Origin: Mytilus edulis
Taxonomy: Eukaryota
DNA length: 64,000 nt
Reading direction: 5' to 3'
Assembly (NCBI RefSeq): GCF_963676685.1
Contig: NC_092349.1
Coordinates: 82,522,001 to 82,586,000, forward strand
Below, piece after piece: positions 1-11,806 of the stretch. The position numbers and the translations under genes were made by a program. A model generated the notes under the pieces. That model was not told the DNA's origin and did not search any database. It saw nothing but the letters and a program-made list of their open reading frames with translations. The stretch's first letter is position 1. Each line of letters opens with the position of its first letter.

Positions 1-1937
1 ATGTTGTAGTAATTTTTGTTTTTATTATTTGTTTGTTAGTTTGTTTGTTTGTTGCATTGGATTGTTGGTGTTAAACCCAATTTTCTGTAACCATGGCAAT
101 ATCACAGCGGTTAGTTGTTATTGCCCGAGTACAAAATGTAACAAGAGATGCCATTAACTAAAAATATAAATGTAAAAAGTGTGGAAGCAGTTTCCAAGCT
201 AGCTCATAATTGAAGCATACAGCTCCCCACTGACATTTCTCTTCAACTCTTTGTGCTTATGGATCCTGCCACATGATTTTTTTTATTACCTAATTGATTT
301 TAATGGTATTAACATGTATTCTTGGTTTTCTGAGAGAAAAAACAAATACTTTCCAATGCAACAAACCATGTCTTATTTATAAGAGTTTAGTGTCCTTTAG
401 GCTTTGATTTGTTCTTTTTATATTCCATCTATTGCATAAATTAAATCTTGGTTTATACCATTAATAATTTTGAAGACATGGTAGATATGGAAAATTGTCA
501 TGGCCAAAGATGATGTTTAAAAACATTCTTACTAAGAACTGTACACTACATAACATGCTTAATCATGTTAATATAATTATAACAGGGTTAAATCAGTTTT
601 CTATGGACCTTGCATTTGTTACTTTAAAAAAAATAATAAATACCAGTGAATCCAAAATAATTAACTTTCTGTTGTTTGTCTTTCTTGTATGTACAGTGAT
701 CCTTTCCCATTTTCATGATTTTGGATTGGGGGCAGTCATCTTATTGATATAACAAATGAGTGCTGCCTATATCAATTGACAATGGAAGGTAATTTTACCT
801 GAAACAGAGATCATAAAACATACCTTGTCAATTTGTGTAGAAGGAGATGTGATATGATTGCCAATGCAATGATAGTATAGATAAAACTATCCTCCAGAGT
901 TTAAATGGCGAGAACATACATTGTAAGTTATAGTATATCTGGCCATGGCATACAACAAAAAAAAAACTTACCGGTATGTTCGTTTTATTTATTGTGAAGT
1001 CAGCAAGAAAAGGCCCCGACATTTATTATTTTCTTTTCTTAAATTCTCATATGAAAGACACTGTCACGCCCATATAATTATACAATTGTCTGTATAATTG
1101 TTTATATTTTGTATTTGATCATGCACCAAGGGTCATAACCATTTAATGTAGATAAATCTTATTCTGTATTGACTAGAACTGTATATATGTATAGTACAAA
1201 AATGTATGTAAATAGATTGATGATTTATACATAACTCACATTTTTTTCAGTTCTGACATTTCATTTCATATTTCAAGGGAAAATAGATTTATATCATTTA
1301 TCTATTTCTTGCTTATTAATAAGTATCCGCAGAAACAATAATCATACATTAACAGTAACATAATAAATGTGGCCAGAGCCAGAATAGTTACTCTGTCAGG
1401 AGAGTAGCATTACCAAAGAGTTACATTTGTGTAGGTTAATATCAATGCCTCCCACACGTATATGTGTGTATGTACAGTGTATGACCAACTGATGAAGACA
1501 GCGCTCATTTACCATGTTTACATGTATACCACATACAAGAGGGTTATTGTCATGCATCAACTGTTCATTTTTGTGTTATCTTAGCTTTAAATGAGCCTTA
1601 ATCTTTTATTGTCATTTGTCAAATGGCATTTTATAGCTACCATTAGCGTCAAATGGAGTAAAATGTCAAAGTAAAAACTTTCAGCACTGTCATACTGTAG
1701 CAATCAGTCTTAAGCAATGTTCAATCAACACCATACAAATTATGCCAATGCAAGCAAATTTGGATTTTATAAATTAATATTTCTTAAGGATCATGATCAA
1801 CACCTTTTGACAAAAAAAGCTGTGTTCACATCATCATGATCATCAAATTTTCTCTGTGTTTAGACAAAACTGTACAGTTTGAAAAGTTTTGAATAACGGA
1901 GATATTATTTTGGACTTTTAGGGGGAAAAGGGGGAGG

Positions 1938-2927
1938 CATGCCTGTTAACCTGTGACGATGGAAATGCAGGTCATGACCTGCATTGAGAATGAAATATCA
2001 GGTCATAAGACTCATAACGCGTACAAACTTTTTTGAGCTGAATTTCAGTATTATGGGGACATTTTTCTTATAATTTAAATCAAAGTTTCCAAAACATGTT
2101 CACTTGGTTAAGTAATTTAAAATTTTATTGATTATTTTTTCATTGCACTTTTAAAAGCTTTTGATGAATTTGTGACCTTATATTATTGATATTAATATTG
2201 TACATCTGATGTCTCAGCCTTAACAACATGAACAATCAACTATAAGTTACATACTTCACATAAAAGTATTTACTGTTTTGTATCCAGCTAGTGACTTTTC
2301 ACTGCACACTTAGTGAAATTAGATAAAGTACAATGTATATGGTAAAATAAAGTTAAACAGTTAAAGGAAGTATAGATGAAAAAAATAATTTTTTAACTTT
2401 TTTTTTATAATTGTATAAAGGTACATGTATAAAAATAATGAAAAGTTATATTTCAATATGTATTTGAATTCTATTTGTTGTAGATTTAATATTTTTTACC
2501 CCAAAAATCGTAAATATAAGGAACAATTTTGAAAGGTGACATAAAAGGGGAAGTAACTTTAGTTGAAAAATAATTGTAAAAAAACAGAGGAACTATTTAG
2601 GACCTAAAGCTAAGGTAATTAGTGTTAATCAACAGTGTGTTTGACGCCAAAGCTGTCAATTGAAGTCATGCACTTAATGGGTCACTTAATTTGACAGTTT
2701 ACACAGCTCAGCTGAACTTCCTGTTCATAAAAGAATTACGAATTTGCCGGTATTTCAAAGGAAAATCACTTAATAAATCAATCTCAAGGCTTAGAAATCC
2801 AGATGAAAACGGGTAATTTTCAGAATTCCTGGGTCATTGAATGACCCTACGGGTGTCCTGGGTGATCCCTCCCAATTGTGAAAATCTCGGGTCAAATCCG
2901 CAGAATACGGGTCAGTTGACAGGTATG
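1938..2927. mobile_element. Non-autonomous hAT-like DNA transposon (MITE), ~990 bp
   Basis: TIRs CATGCCTGTTAAC ... GTTGACAGGTATG; flanks GGGGGAGG / GGGGAAGG (7/8 match, 8-bp TSD); subterminal GACCC/GGGTC motifs; no ORF. Confidence 0.7.
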
Positions 2928-3221
2928 GGGGAAGGGGGGCTAGAATGAAAAATTTGAACAGCATTTCAATTTTTATCCTGGAATCATATTTTTCATTCTA
3001 TACTGTCCTGCCTGTTTATTTTTCTTTTTCCTGACTCTCTTCTACATTAATTCTAATCCTGTCTTTTTTTTTTACTCAAAACCCCTGTCAATGCCCAAAT
3101 GATGCCTGTCCGGACTTGTTTTTACAAATTTCATCCTACCCCTCCCCCTCCCTTTTCAATCAAAATGGTACAATACAATCATAATTTACCGGAGAGGGAC
3201 CATCACAAAGATTTCACAAGA

Positions 3222-3374
3222 CAGTGGCGGATCCAGGGGGGGGGGGGGGTCCGGGGGTGCGCACCCCCCTTTATTTTTGCCGATCAATGCATTTGTATCG
3301 GGACATATGTTTTGCACCCCCCCTTTGCCCTGGGTTAGCACCCCCCCTTTCGAAAATTCCTGCATCCGCCCCTG
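3222..3374. mobile_element. Short GC-rich MITE with CAG...CTG ends
   Basis: TIR CAGTGGCGGATCCAGG / CCTGCATCCGCCCCTG; CAAGA on both flanks; poly-G and poly-C tracts. Confidence 0.75.
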
Positions 3375-4802
3375 CAAGACGTTGACTACATGGACCAAGG
3401 ACTTGTATACTATACAAATCCTTGCATGGACTAAGTCTTTGCTTTATTTTTCAACATGTGCAACAGGGATTGAATTTCTTAAGCTATATCCACAAAAGTT
3501 TTTTTTTTTTTTTTAAAGGAAAACGAATTGTATATCAAGGTACTACCAGGCTTTAAAACTCTTCAAGTTACACAGTTTTGTCTTTCCTCAGAGAAATTTC
3601 AGAAACAGTGACCCTGCCCTTTGGCTTTGTCAAAGTGTATTGATGAACCATAAATCGCAAGAAAATACTTGCTACCGGATTGAGCCTACACACACTTACA
3701 TGTGAATGAGTATTGCTGCATATGAGGTGATATTTTTTTGATTGCATTTCACTGCATATGCTAAATCGTGGTAATTATTTATTTTGGGTTAGGAAAAATT
3801 AAAACCGGAAACAAGAAACCCAGGAAAATCGCAGCCCAATAACGGAAAATACATGGTTTTAATACGGACATATTCTAGGAATGATTGTTAATTCAGCAAA
3901 AAGGAATCAACAACACACCAACATGAAGGAAATAATTTGAAAGTTACAAAATCTGTCCTGTTAAAAATTTAAATTGAAATGAAAATTACAAAGAGAAACT
4001 ATGATATCAATTTATTCAAAGGAAATCAATCATTTTAAAGATTCGATTTTGTAAGAATGATTTGTTATTTAATTTTCTAGGAGGGGGTAGACTTTCCTTT
4101 ATACTATCATGACTATGTAAATGAATGGAAGGGGTGAGCCAATGGTAAAGGTAATTATAGTTTTCGAGATAAAACATTATATGATAAAGGTTGTTGATTA
4201 AATCAAAAGTTCACTGTATTATAAAAACCAATCATGCACACTCCAATATTTTTCACATAAATTATTCAATTAAAACCATAGTCGGAAATACCTAAAAATT
4301 TTGTCAAATCTATGTTTTTTCTGTTCTCCAAATATGTGAAAAGTCACTGCCTAGAAAGTGATGTCTTAGCTGCTTATTCCTACCAAAATTTATTGTTGTT
4401 CCCTCCAGCTTCAGCCCCTTTTGAATTTCATTTGTAAAAAAAACTGTAGAGTTGATACTGACTTGACATGTAAATGGAACAAATCTTGGAAATATATTCA
4501 AGTATCGTAAACAATATCTATCAACAGAGGGAAAGTCAAACTCAAGTCAAAAATTATTGACAATGCCCCGGAAAGCAACCAAAAGTAGTGTTTCGTTCGG
4601 TCGCTTATTTGAAGTTTTCCCATAAAATGTGAGTCATAACAATAAAGGAATGATAAGATGGGAACTGATAGTCCACATTCATGACATTGAAATAGTACCA
4701 ACCACTTAGCGTTATACTTTATCACCAAAACGAACATCAATATTATGAACCATAATTGTTTTAACCATTGTTTTGCATGTTACACGATTGTTTTCTTGTA
4801 AA

Positions 4803-5250
4803 AGAAGGATGAGAGATACCCGAGGGACGTTCAAACTCATAAATCAAAAATAAACTGACAACGCCATGGCTAACAAAGATGAATACTAAGAGACAAAAAA
4901 TAGTACACAAACACACAACATACAAAATTAAAGGCTAAGCAACACAAACCCGGGCCACCAAAAACAGCGATGTGTGGTGCTCCGAAAGGATAGCAGATTC
5001 TGCTACACATGTGGCACCCGTCGTGTTGCTCATGTTAGTACAATGTCAAACCCGTTAATAAGTATAATTCGGTACGTCACATTCGTGCAAAGGGAACGGG
5101 ATTCTAGTTACGACACAAGGAAAATATCGGCTATCATCTGTGAAACGGATATTCCATAACAGTCAATCAACTCGTGATGGCGTCCGTAAAAATTACGACG
5201 AGATGATTTCAACTTCACCATTTGGAACTCTTGGTTTAATAGCTTCATTC
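4803..5250 (-). mobile_element. 3' fragment of the Penelope-like element family
   Basis: Reverse-complement similarity to ~19090-19515 (e.g. tccgaaaggatagcagattctgctacacatgtggcacccgtcgtgttgct). Confidence 0.7.
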
Positions 5251-5568
5251 AAGGAAATCAGGATAGTGTTATCAATAATAAAGAAATGTAACGATGCAGT
5301 AAACGATAGTTTCGCCATAATTTTATCGAAATACATTTTATATTGGAGTTTTTTATTATAAAAAAGAGAAATCTTCTGTTCAATTAGATTTAACAGGTTT
5401 AAGATACATATATATATATAACTTTATTTCCTCTATTATAGAGATTTGGTGTACATGAAATATATAAATCAGAAAATTACAAAAAACAAAGAATTAAAGT
5501 CACCGTTTAAAGTTAATATGAGAAAAAAAAATTAGCACTGTCTATAATATCGGTAACGGACACATCTT

Positions 5569-8500
5569 CTATCGATTGTAGAAATCTCTGCAGATTGTTT
5601 CAACATGACGAACACAAGTCTTAGAGAAAAAAGTTAATTCATCATTTTCTAATTCATATGACGTATTGCAAGAGAGAATTGTTGTTGTGAATTCATGTGC
5701 CGAAAGACTGTCCATATAAACACTGAACTGAATGGGATTAATGTTAATAATGTCTTCCCATAGATCATCTCTTTTGTCTTGAATAAAATCACAGGATACC
5801 AGTAAGTGTTCAACGATATTCAAGAAGAACTTTCCACATTTGTCGCAAAGTAAATGTTCATCTTCGTAGCGTACTATAGAACATAAGTCAATCACATACT
5901 TGGCGGAGACACGAAGTTCGGGAAACTGTTTCGCAATTGTCCATGCTTTATGCGGTTTGATTGCAGAATGAATATGTCTAAACATATAAAAGTCATTATC
6001 GCATGAAATTCGGTAAGACCACCATGTTTCTTCACTTGCATTTATATTCTGATTTACAATAATTGACCAAAGTTTTTTTGATGGGAAAGAACCAGTATTT
6101 GCAAAATTAACAATATAATCTGTAATGTTATATTTTTCGGCTGCTTTATAGATGTCAGGTATAAAACGAAGTTGTTCTGGAACACATTTATGTTTGAATT
6201 CCATAAGTCTGCTTATCATTATTCGTTTTGGTAACGCAGAAGACTTTAACCTACATAGTCTACCAAAAAATAAAAGTTTACATCTGTTGATAATGCTTTC
6301 AACTGAAAACCAACCTAGAAGACTTGTACACTTGTCAGAACGGGTTCGTTTTGGAAGCCCTTGAATAATTTTACACACAAATCTGTGAGATCTTTCTAAC
6401 ATCGTAAGTTCTGTTTGAGTCAAATTGTTCCATAACTCACAACCATATAGAGCTTTGCTGTAACATATTTGAAGTATTATCTTGGAACACGTCAAAGGGT
6501 TTAAAATTGATGGATGAATTCCAGAATTTAGAACTGAAAGAGCAGTTGATCGCAACACTCTACAAGCATTCAACGTCTGGTCCATTGATCTAAATTTACA
6601 GTTCAGAAGAATACCGACATGTTTGGCAGACGTCACGAGTGGTATGATGTCATTATACAAAGTTAAATTGCTTGTAACATTCTTGTTCTTCTTTGAATAA
6701 CGTAAGACGTTGCTTTTAGTCGGAGAAAACTTGAATGCCCACTTCTCGCTATATGTCTGACAAATGTTAATAAGTTGTTGCATTCCTTTTTCTGTTGTTG
6801 AGAGTAACGCAATGTCGTCGGCTTGAACAGAGCTGCTTACACTGATATCTAGAAGAACGCATCCCAATTTAGAGTCTTCAATGTCGCACAAAAGATCGTT
6901 TATGTATACTAAATATAACAGGGCGGATAAGACGCCACCTTGGCGAACGCCTCGTTTCAGTTCAAACCAACGAGATAGCCTACCATTGAACAGTACAGAA
7001 CTACGCATGTCACTGTATATTTCATCTATGAGCAGCCATAAATCACCGGTAACTCCATATTTATGTAGTTTATATAACAATGCATCATGCCATACGGTGT
7101 CGAAAGCTTTCGTGCTATCTAACAGCACAACAATAACATCACTGTTACGTTCAATATAATGACGAATCGGTTCTTGTAAGTTAAATGAAGCATGAATACT
7201 TGATAATTCCTTTTGGTATGCCATCTGAGATTGATGTGGAAACTTTATGTGCAAGGAGTCGAATCGAGGATAAAGAGACTTTTCGAATATCTTGGCGATA
7301 CAACTTGTTAACGATATACCGCGGTACGAATTGGGATCAGTTTTGTTTTTATTTCCACCTTTGAATAACGGTATAATTACACTTGTTTTCCAATCTAGAG
7401 GAGTATAACGTGTTTGTATTATTAGGTTGAATAGATTGCATAAGTGTTTTTGCAATGTTTTACCACCATATTTTATATGCTCATATGAAACGTTGTCTAA
7501 ACCTGTAGATTTGTTGTTACATAAACTTTTACAAATGTTGGAAATTTCTTCAAACTCAAATGGGTTGATTGGAGCTTTGATTTCCTTCTGCGTTTATCGT
7601 ATTTTATTCACTTCATGTTTTACCAAATTTATGTTTGCTGAATTTGTTAGCTTGCTATCAAACTGAAAAATGGATTCAAAATGGTACGCCCATGCTTCGC
7701 ATATTTCACTTTCGTTTGTATGAGTTATTCCATTTAAATTTAGTTCACGACAAAAAGTTTTCTGTTTACGTCTGCTTTTTAAGACCGACCATACATATCT
7801 TTGATCATTTTCGATAGACTCTACCATTCTGTTGGCAATGTTCATAATATGTTCGTTGTAAGCTTTATCCATTTCATTTCTGAAAGTCCGTTTTGCATGT
7901 TTGTAATCAGTAAAGAACTGATCGCTTCTATCGTGAACTTTTCCGTTCAGTATCCATAAACTGCGCTTATTTAGCATTGTTTTGTGTGATAGATCTACGA
8001 CTTTCGTCCAATAAGGCTTTATATGTTTCACAAATTGCTTATGTGGGAGTGTTTCTTTGTCAGCTTTTTGAACAGCAACTATAATAGTCTTATAGTAGAG
8101 CTCGATATCTTCATTGGTCGCTGGTAGTGACGGCATTTGAACAGACCATAAAAATTGTGAGACTGCAAATGAATAGTCATTAACTGAATTCATTTCTAAC
8201 GCTTTGGTCCACGATACTTTGTCAGCCATAACACTTTCGTATAAGTTGTCACTATCAGCACGACATTGTTCGATTAGTAAAGTACACGCGATAGGCTTGT
8301 GATCAGAAACGTTAAATATGCTTTCGTCTGGGACAAACACATTGTAAATATCTCGTGTATTTTCGTTATTTGTGACTATGTGATCTATCACTGTTTTAGG
8401 ACCATCCTCATAAGATTGAAATGTACATACCGGACCTTTGGCAAAGTCCTGAACATGTAATGATATACTGTTATTGTCAATAAGGAGACTTTCAAGACGT

Positions 8501-9021
8501 TGACTACGACGATCTTGAGTAAACGAATATCGGGGTCCACCAATCTTGCAATTGAAATCACCAAGAATATACACCGTCCCGTGGTTCGAATACGATTTGT
8601 ATGTGTCCATTAAGTATTCAAGTTCATTAACGAATGCTTCGTTGGGTTGTGTAATTGCTGGTAAGTATATAGACAGAAAAAATATACTAGGTAAATTAGG
8701 AAGTTTAAGTTCGATACCACATATCCTATTGCTATCAATTACTAATTCTGTGACATACGGAGATAAAGTTTTAGAGACCATAATCGCAACACCTCCACGG
8801 GCGCTATAACTGTATTTTTCAGGGCAGTGTTCATCGGCGCATTTTCCAAATACTAAATAGTTTTGTTTATCGATTGAATTAAGGAAGTGGAATTGTGATT
8901 TTCTAAGCCAGTGTTCAGATAAACAAATAATATCAATCTTATTATCATTTAAGAATTCTAGTAGATATGGTACTGCGGACATTATTCCGCGACAGTTCCA
9001 ACATGCTATGTTTAAAGACAT
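5569..9021 (-). CDS. LINE ORF2: apurinic endonuclease + reverse transcriptase + C-terminal zinc knuckle, split by one in-frame TAA (7594-7596)
   Basis: APE motifs WNCRG, LSEHWL, GGVAI, GDFN, IDHI, SDH; RT motifs YRGISL, LDSTKAFDTV, GVRQGGVLS, QADD; CDKC...EH...C. ORFs 7594-9021 and 5569-7455 share a frame and the gap reads *TQKEIKAPINPFEFEEISNICKSLCNNKSTGLDNVSYEHIKYGGKT. Confidence 0.93.
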
Positions 9022-10887
9022 TTATGGATGTTCGGTCTTTGTAGATAGAAAAACTGACCATGGAAGCCATTCTTTTAGAAAAATGCCTTCAGGCCAAAAA
9101 GACGGATCCCGTATTAAGGTTTCACATTGAGCATCGATATTAAGTTGTGCAGAAGCTGTTCGTCGATTTTGTTTATCAAAATATCTTAAATGTGTTACAT
9201 TAACACCTCTTGCAGCGAGATATTCACGCATAGATTCTTCACATGAATTGTGTTTGTCGATACCACCTACGTAGAATCTGGATACACGGTGTCTTGTTTT
9301 TTTAACAAATCCACGAAAATTGTCAACGGTTGTGGGATTACACATGGAAGTTGGAAAATGCACTTGTATATTTGTATTTTGTTCATTTCCAGTTATATTG
9401 TTGTTGGTGTTCTTGATTTTATTTGCTATTGAAGTAGACGAAGCTGGATTAACAATATTACTTTGTGCATGTATGTCTTTGACTAAAACGGACAGATTCG
9501 TAACATCAGAGGATCTGACGTGTTTTGTGTGTGAGTCAACTAGAGAATTGGAATGTTCATTAATGGAATTCCTTTGAATTGGCTCTTTGGACTGACTCAA
9601 ATCGGATTCGATCACATTGCAATTTTCTAATGCTTCAGCCGAAGCTTTAACTTGTTCAGATTTAGATTTTAGAATGTCTGCGTACGATTTTGTAGACTTG
9701 TCAAGGACTTTGACATCTTTCTCGGTGTTTATGATACGCTTTCGCAAATCACTAATTGACTTCGCATGAGAACAACAATCAATATTTACTTTTTTGAGTT
9801 CATCGTCAAATTCTTTCAGTTTATCACTCATGATGTTTGTCTTTGTTTTCAGACTTACAACGCCTTGCGCTCTTGTATCACTTAGCTGGTTAATTCTACA
9901 TGACTCAGATTTCACGCTTGAACGTAGTTCATTAACGTCTAGTTTTACTGTTTTAAAGTCGTTTTTTATTTTGTTTACATCTGTTGTTAACTGTTGAATG
10001 CTGTTTTCGTATTCATCCAGTTTGTTTCGGAAAGTTCCTGAACTTTTTTCAATTGCTAATTTATTTGATTTGCATGTCATTTCCGCTTCATGTGTAACGA
10101 CACTCATGTTGTTTACTGTTTTAGCTAAGTTTTCGTTGTTTTCTCGTAAGGATGAAATTTGATTCTGAAAGTTCCGTAACCGGTCATTGTTTTTCTGGTT
10201 AGCGTTGACCAGTTGCTTGTTTTCTCGTACTAATACAGATACTGTTTTATTAAGATATTCGATTTCCTGAGTGTAGTCGCCTTTCAATGTATTAATTTCT
10301 CTTTCTATGCGCACGAGAGACTCTTTCAGACACAAGTTCTGAGAAAATTCGCTGGAATGTGTTTGGTTATTTTCATCTGCTGTAGACATTTTTCGGGCAC
10401 TTTGCGTATGCGAACGAGTATTAAGTGTTAATCTTAAATCTTCCGTATATTCTCCGAGTGATGCTAAATAAAGCGCATAGCAATCGCTACCAAGTTTGTT
10501 TTCAACTGATTCACCGTTTGGTTTTCTAGGACAAAGACGCTTTTTAAGAGTTGCATTCAGATATGGAAAGTTATGTTGACATTTTGCAATTTCCAGAAGT
10601 GCGTAGCGAATGTCGTCAATTTCACAGTGAGCGTTTTGGCATTTATCAATTAATTTAGACACAAAGCTGTCTTTAGGTAAAGATAAAAGTTCTTCTTGGA
10701 TAAATTTTATTATCGATTCTGTTATGCTTGTATCGTTGCTTATGTTGCTTGTGTTGGAAGGAACATCTATTGTAATGTTAGTTTGTCTTTGTGACGAAAG
10801 AAGATCATCAAAAGGATCAAATTGGCTATCTATAAAACTCGAGTGAACAAGTAAATCGCTAGGTCTAAGTTCCGTTAGATTGTTCAT
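9022..10887 (-). CDS. LINE ORF1 (long coiled coil + C-terminal RRM-like domain)
   Basis: 621 aa intact; heptad-rich central region; C-terminal RFYVGGI...FWPEGI..KEW motif typical of non-LTR ORF1; lies immediately upstream of ORF2. Confidence 0.85.
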   Translation of the reverse strand: MNNLTELRPSDLLVHSSFIDSQFDPFDDLLSSQRQTNITIDVPSNTSNISNDTSITESIIKFIQEELLSLPKDSFVSKLIDKCQNAHCEIDDIRYALLEIAKCQHNFPYLNATLKKRLCPRKPNGESVENKLGSDCYALYLASLGEYTEDLRLTLNTRSHTQSARKMSTADENNQTHSSEFSQNLCLKESLVRIEREINTLKGDYTQEIEYLNKTVSVLVRENKQLVNANQKNNDRLRNFQNQISSLRENNENLAKTVNNMSVVTHEAEMTCKSNKLAIEKSSGTFRNKLDEYENSIQQLTTDVNKIKNDFKTVKLDVNELRSSVKSESCRINQLSDTRAQGVVSLKTKTNIMSDKLKEFDDELKKVNIDCCSHAKSISDLRKRIINTEKDVKVLDKSTKSYADILKSKSEQVKASAEALENCNVIESDLSQSKEPIQRNSINEHSNSLVDSHTKHVRSSDVTNLSVLVKDIHAQSNIVNPASSTSIANKIKNTNNNITGNEQNTNIQVHFPTSMCNPTTVDNFRGFVKKTRHRVSRFYVGGIDKHNSCEESMREYLAARGVNVTHLRYFDKQNRRTASAQLNIDAQCETLIRDPSFWPEGIFLKEWLPWSVFLSTKTEHP

Positions 10888-11138
10888 GATATATTATATA
10901 TGTTGTGAATCGCTGAAAACAGTTCACAGTGATCTGATTTTGAAAATCAATACAGTCATGTTTATGAAGTAATATCTGTAAATGTATTTAAATTCTTTTT
11001 TATCAATATGGTGTTGTTGAAAGTATGGAATGATCTCACCAAATTCTTGATCTTTGAAGATGTATGAAAACTGTCCTATTCTAGAATAATAACAAGAGCA
11101 CATTAACAGCACGTCCTTCACTAAAGGGACTGGTTTGT

Positions 11139-11806
11139 GACGGCTGCAGTGCAGGCGATTTGGTGTCACGATATCACAGTAGCATGGGTTCGAATCCCGG
11201 CGAGGGAAGAACCAAAAATTTGCGAAAGCAAATTTACAGATCTAACATTGTTGGGTTGATGTTTAGACGAGTTGTATATACATTATGTACACAGCCATGT
11301 ATCACCATCATTGATGGCGATCCGATGGATACATCTGTTGTAGAGTTGTCATTGACTCAGACGTACTTATAAATATAATTATTTTCTGTGACTGTATATT
11401 ACATTAATTTGTAGGATCCTTTACTATAGATAATTTAGCTGATCTGTAACAATAACATCTTCATGCCTTATATATCATGTACTGTAGTACGCCGCTAGAT
11501 TAAAACTGACGAGGAAAGGTAACACACGGCCATCGAAAGCTCTTTTAGTGAGAGCCCAGGTGGTCGTGTGGTCTAGCGGGACGGCTGCAGTGCAGGCGAT
11601 TTGGTGTCACGATATCACAGTAGCATGGGTTCGAATCCCGGCGAGGGAAGAACCAAAAATTTGCGAAAGCAAATTTACAGATCTAACATTGTTGGGTTGA
11701 TGTTTAGACGAGTTGTATATACATTATGTACACAGCCATGTATCACCATCATTGATGGCGATCCGATGGATACATCTGTTGTAGAGTTGTCACTGACTCA
11801 GACGTA
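11139..11806 (+). repeat. 1.5 tandem copies of a 441-bp structured unit (227-bp direct repeats at 11139-11365 and 11580-11806)
   Basis: Offset exactly 441; one mismatch seen (attgactc/actgactc); ends in (TA)n at 11805-11828. Confidence 0.95.
11554..11648 (+). ncRNA. tRNA-derived head with internal Pol III promoter (not a functional tRNA)
   Basis: A-box TGGTCGTGTGG (11561-11571), B-box GGTTCGAATCC (11628-11638) in a T-arm hairpin, long variable-arm-like hairpin; acceptor and anticodon stems poorly paired. Confidence 0.7.

Larger units (their letters stand above)
5421..11138 (-). mobile_element. Near-full-length non-LTR retrotransposon (LINE; ORF1 + APE-RT-CCHC ORF2; Proto2/RTEX/CR1-group-like, clade not certain)
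   Basis: Two long minus-strand ORFs; ~145-nt 3'UTR ending AATAAA-GT then (TA)6 at 5409-5420; ~250-nt leader upstream of ORF1. Confidence 0.92.

Noticed and set aside
3640-4740. Possible first exons of a minus-strand gene
   Set aside because: Only an isolated donor-like site; no coherent reading frame or homology could be supported
6152-9997. Plus-strand ORFs overlapping the LINE
   Set aside because: Short antisense shadows of the coding strand with no motifs
11100-11138. HDV-like ribozyme at the LINE 5' end
   Set aside because: Only a simple hairpin is visible; I could not build the nested double pseudoknot
11554-11648. Functional tRNA gene
   Set aside because: Acceptor and anticodon stems do not pair properly and there is no nearby oligo-T terminator; treated as tRNA-derived
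11139-11806. TRIM/LTR element (two LTRs plus spacer)
   Set aside because: No TG...CA ends, PBS or PPT; the tRNA head spans the spacer/repeat boundary, which shows a permuted tandem unit
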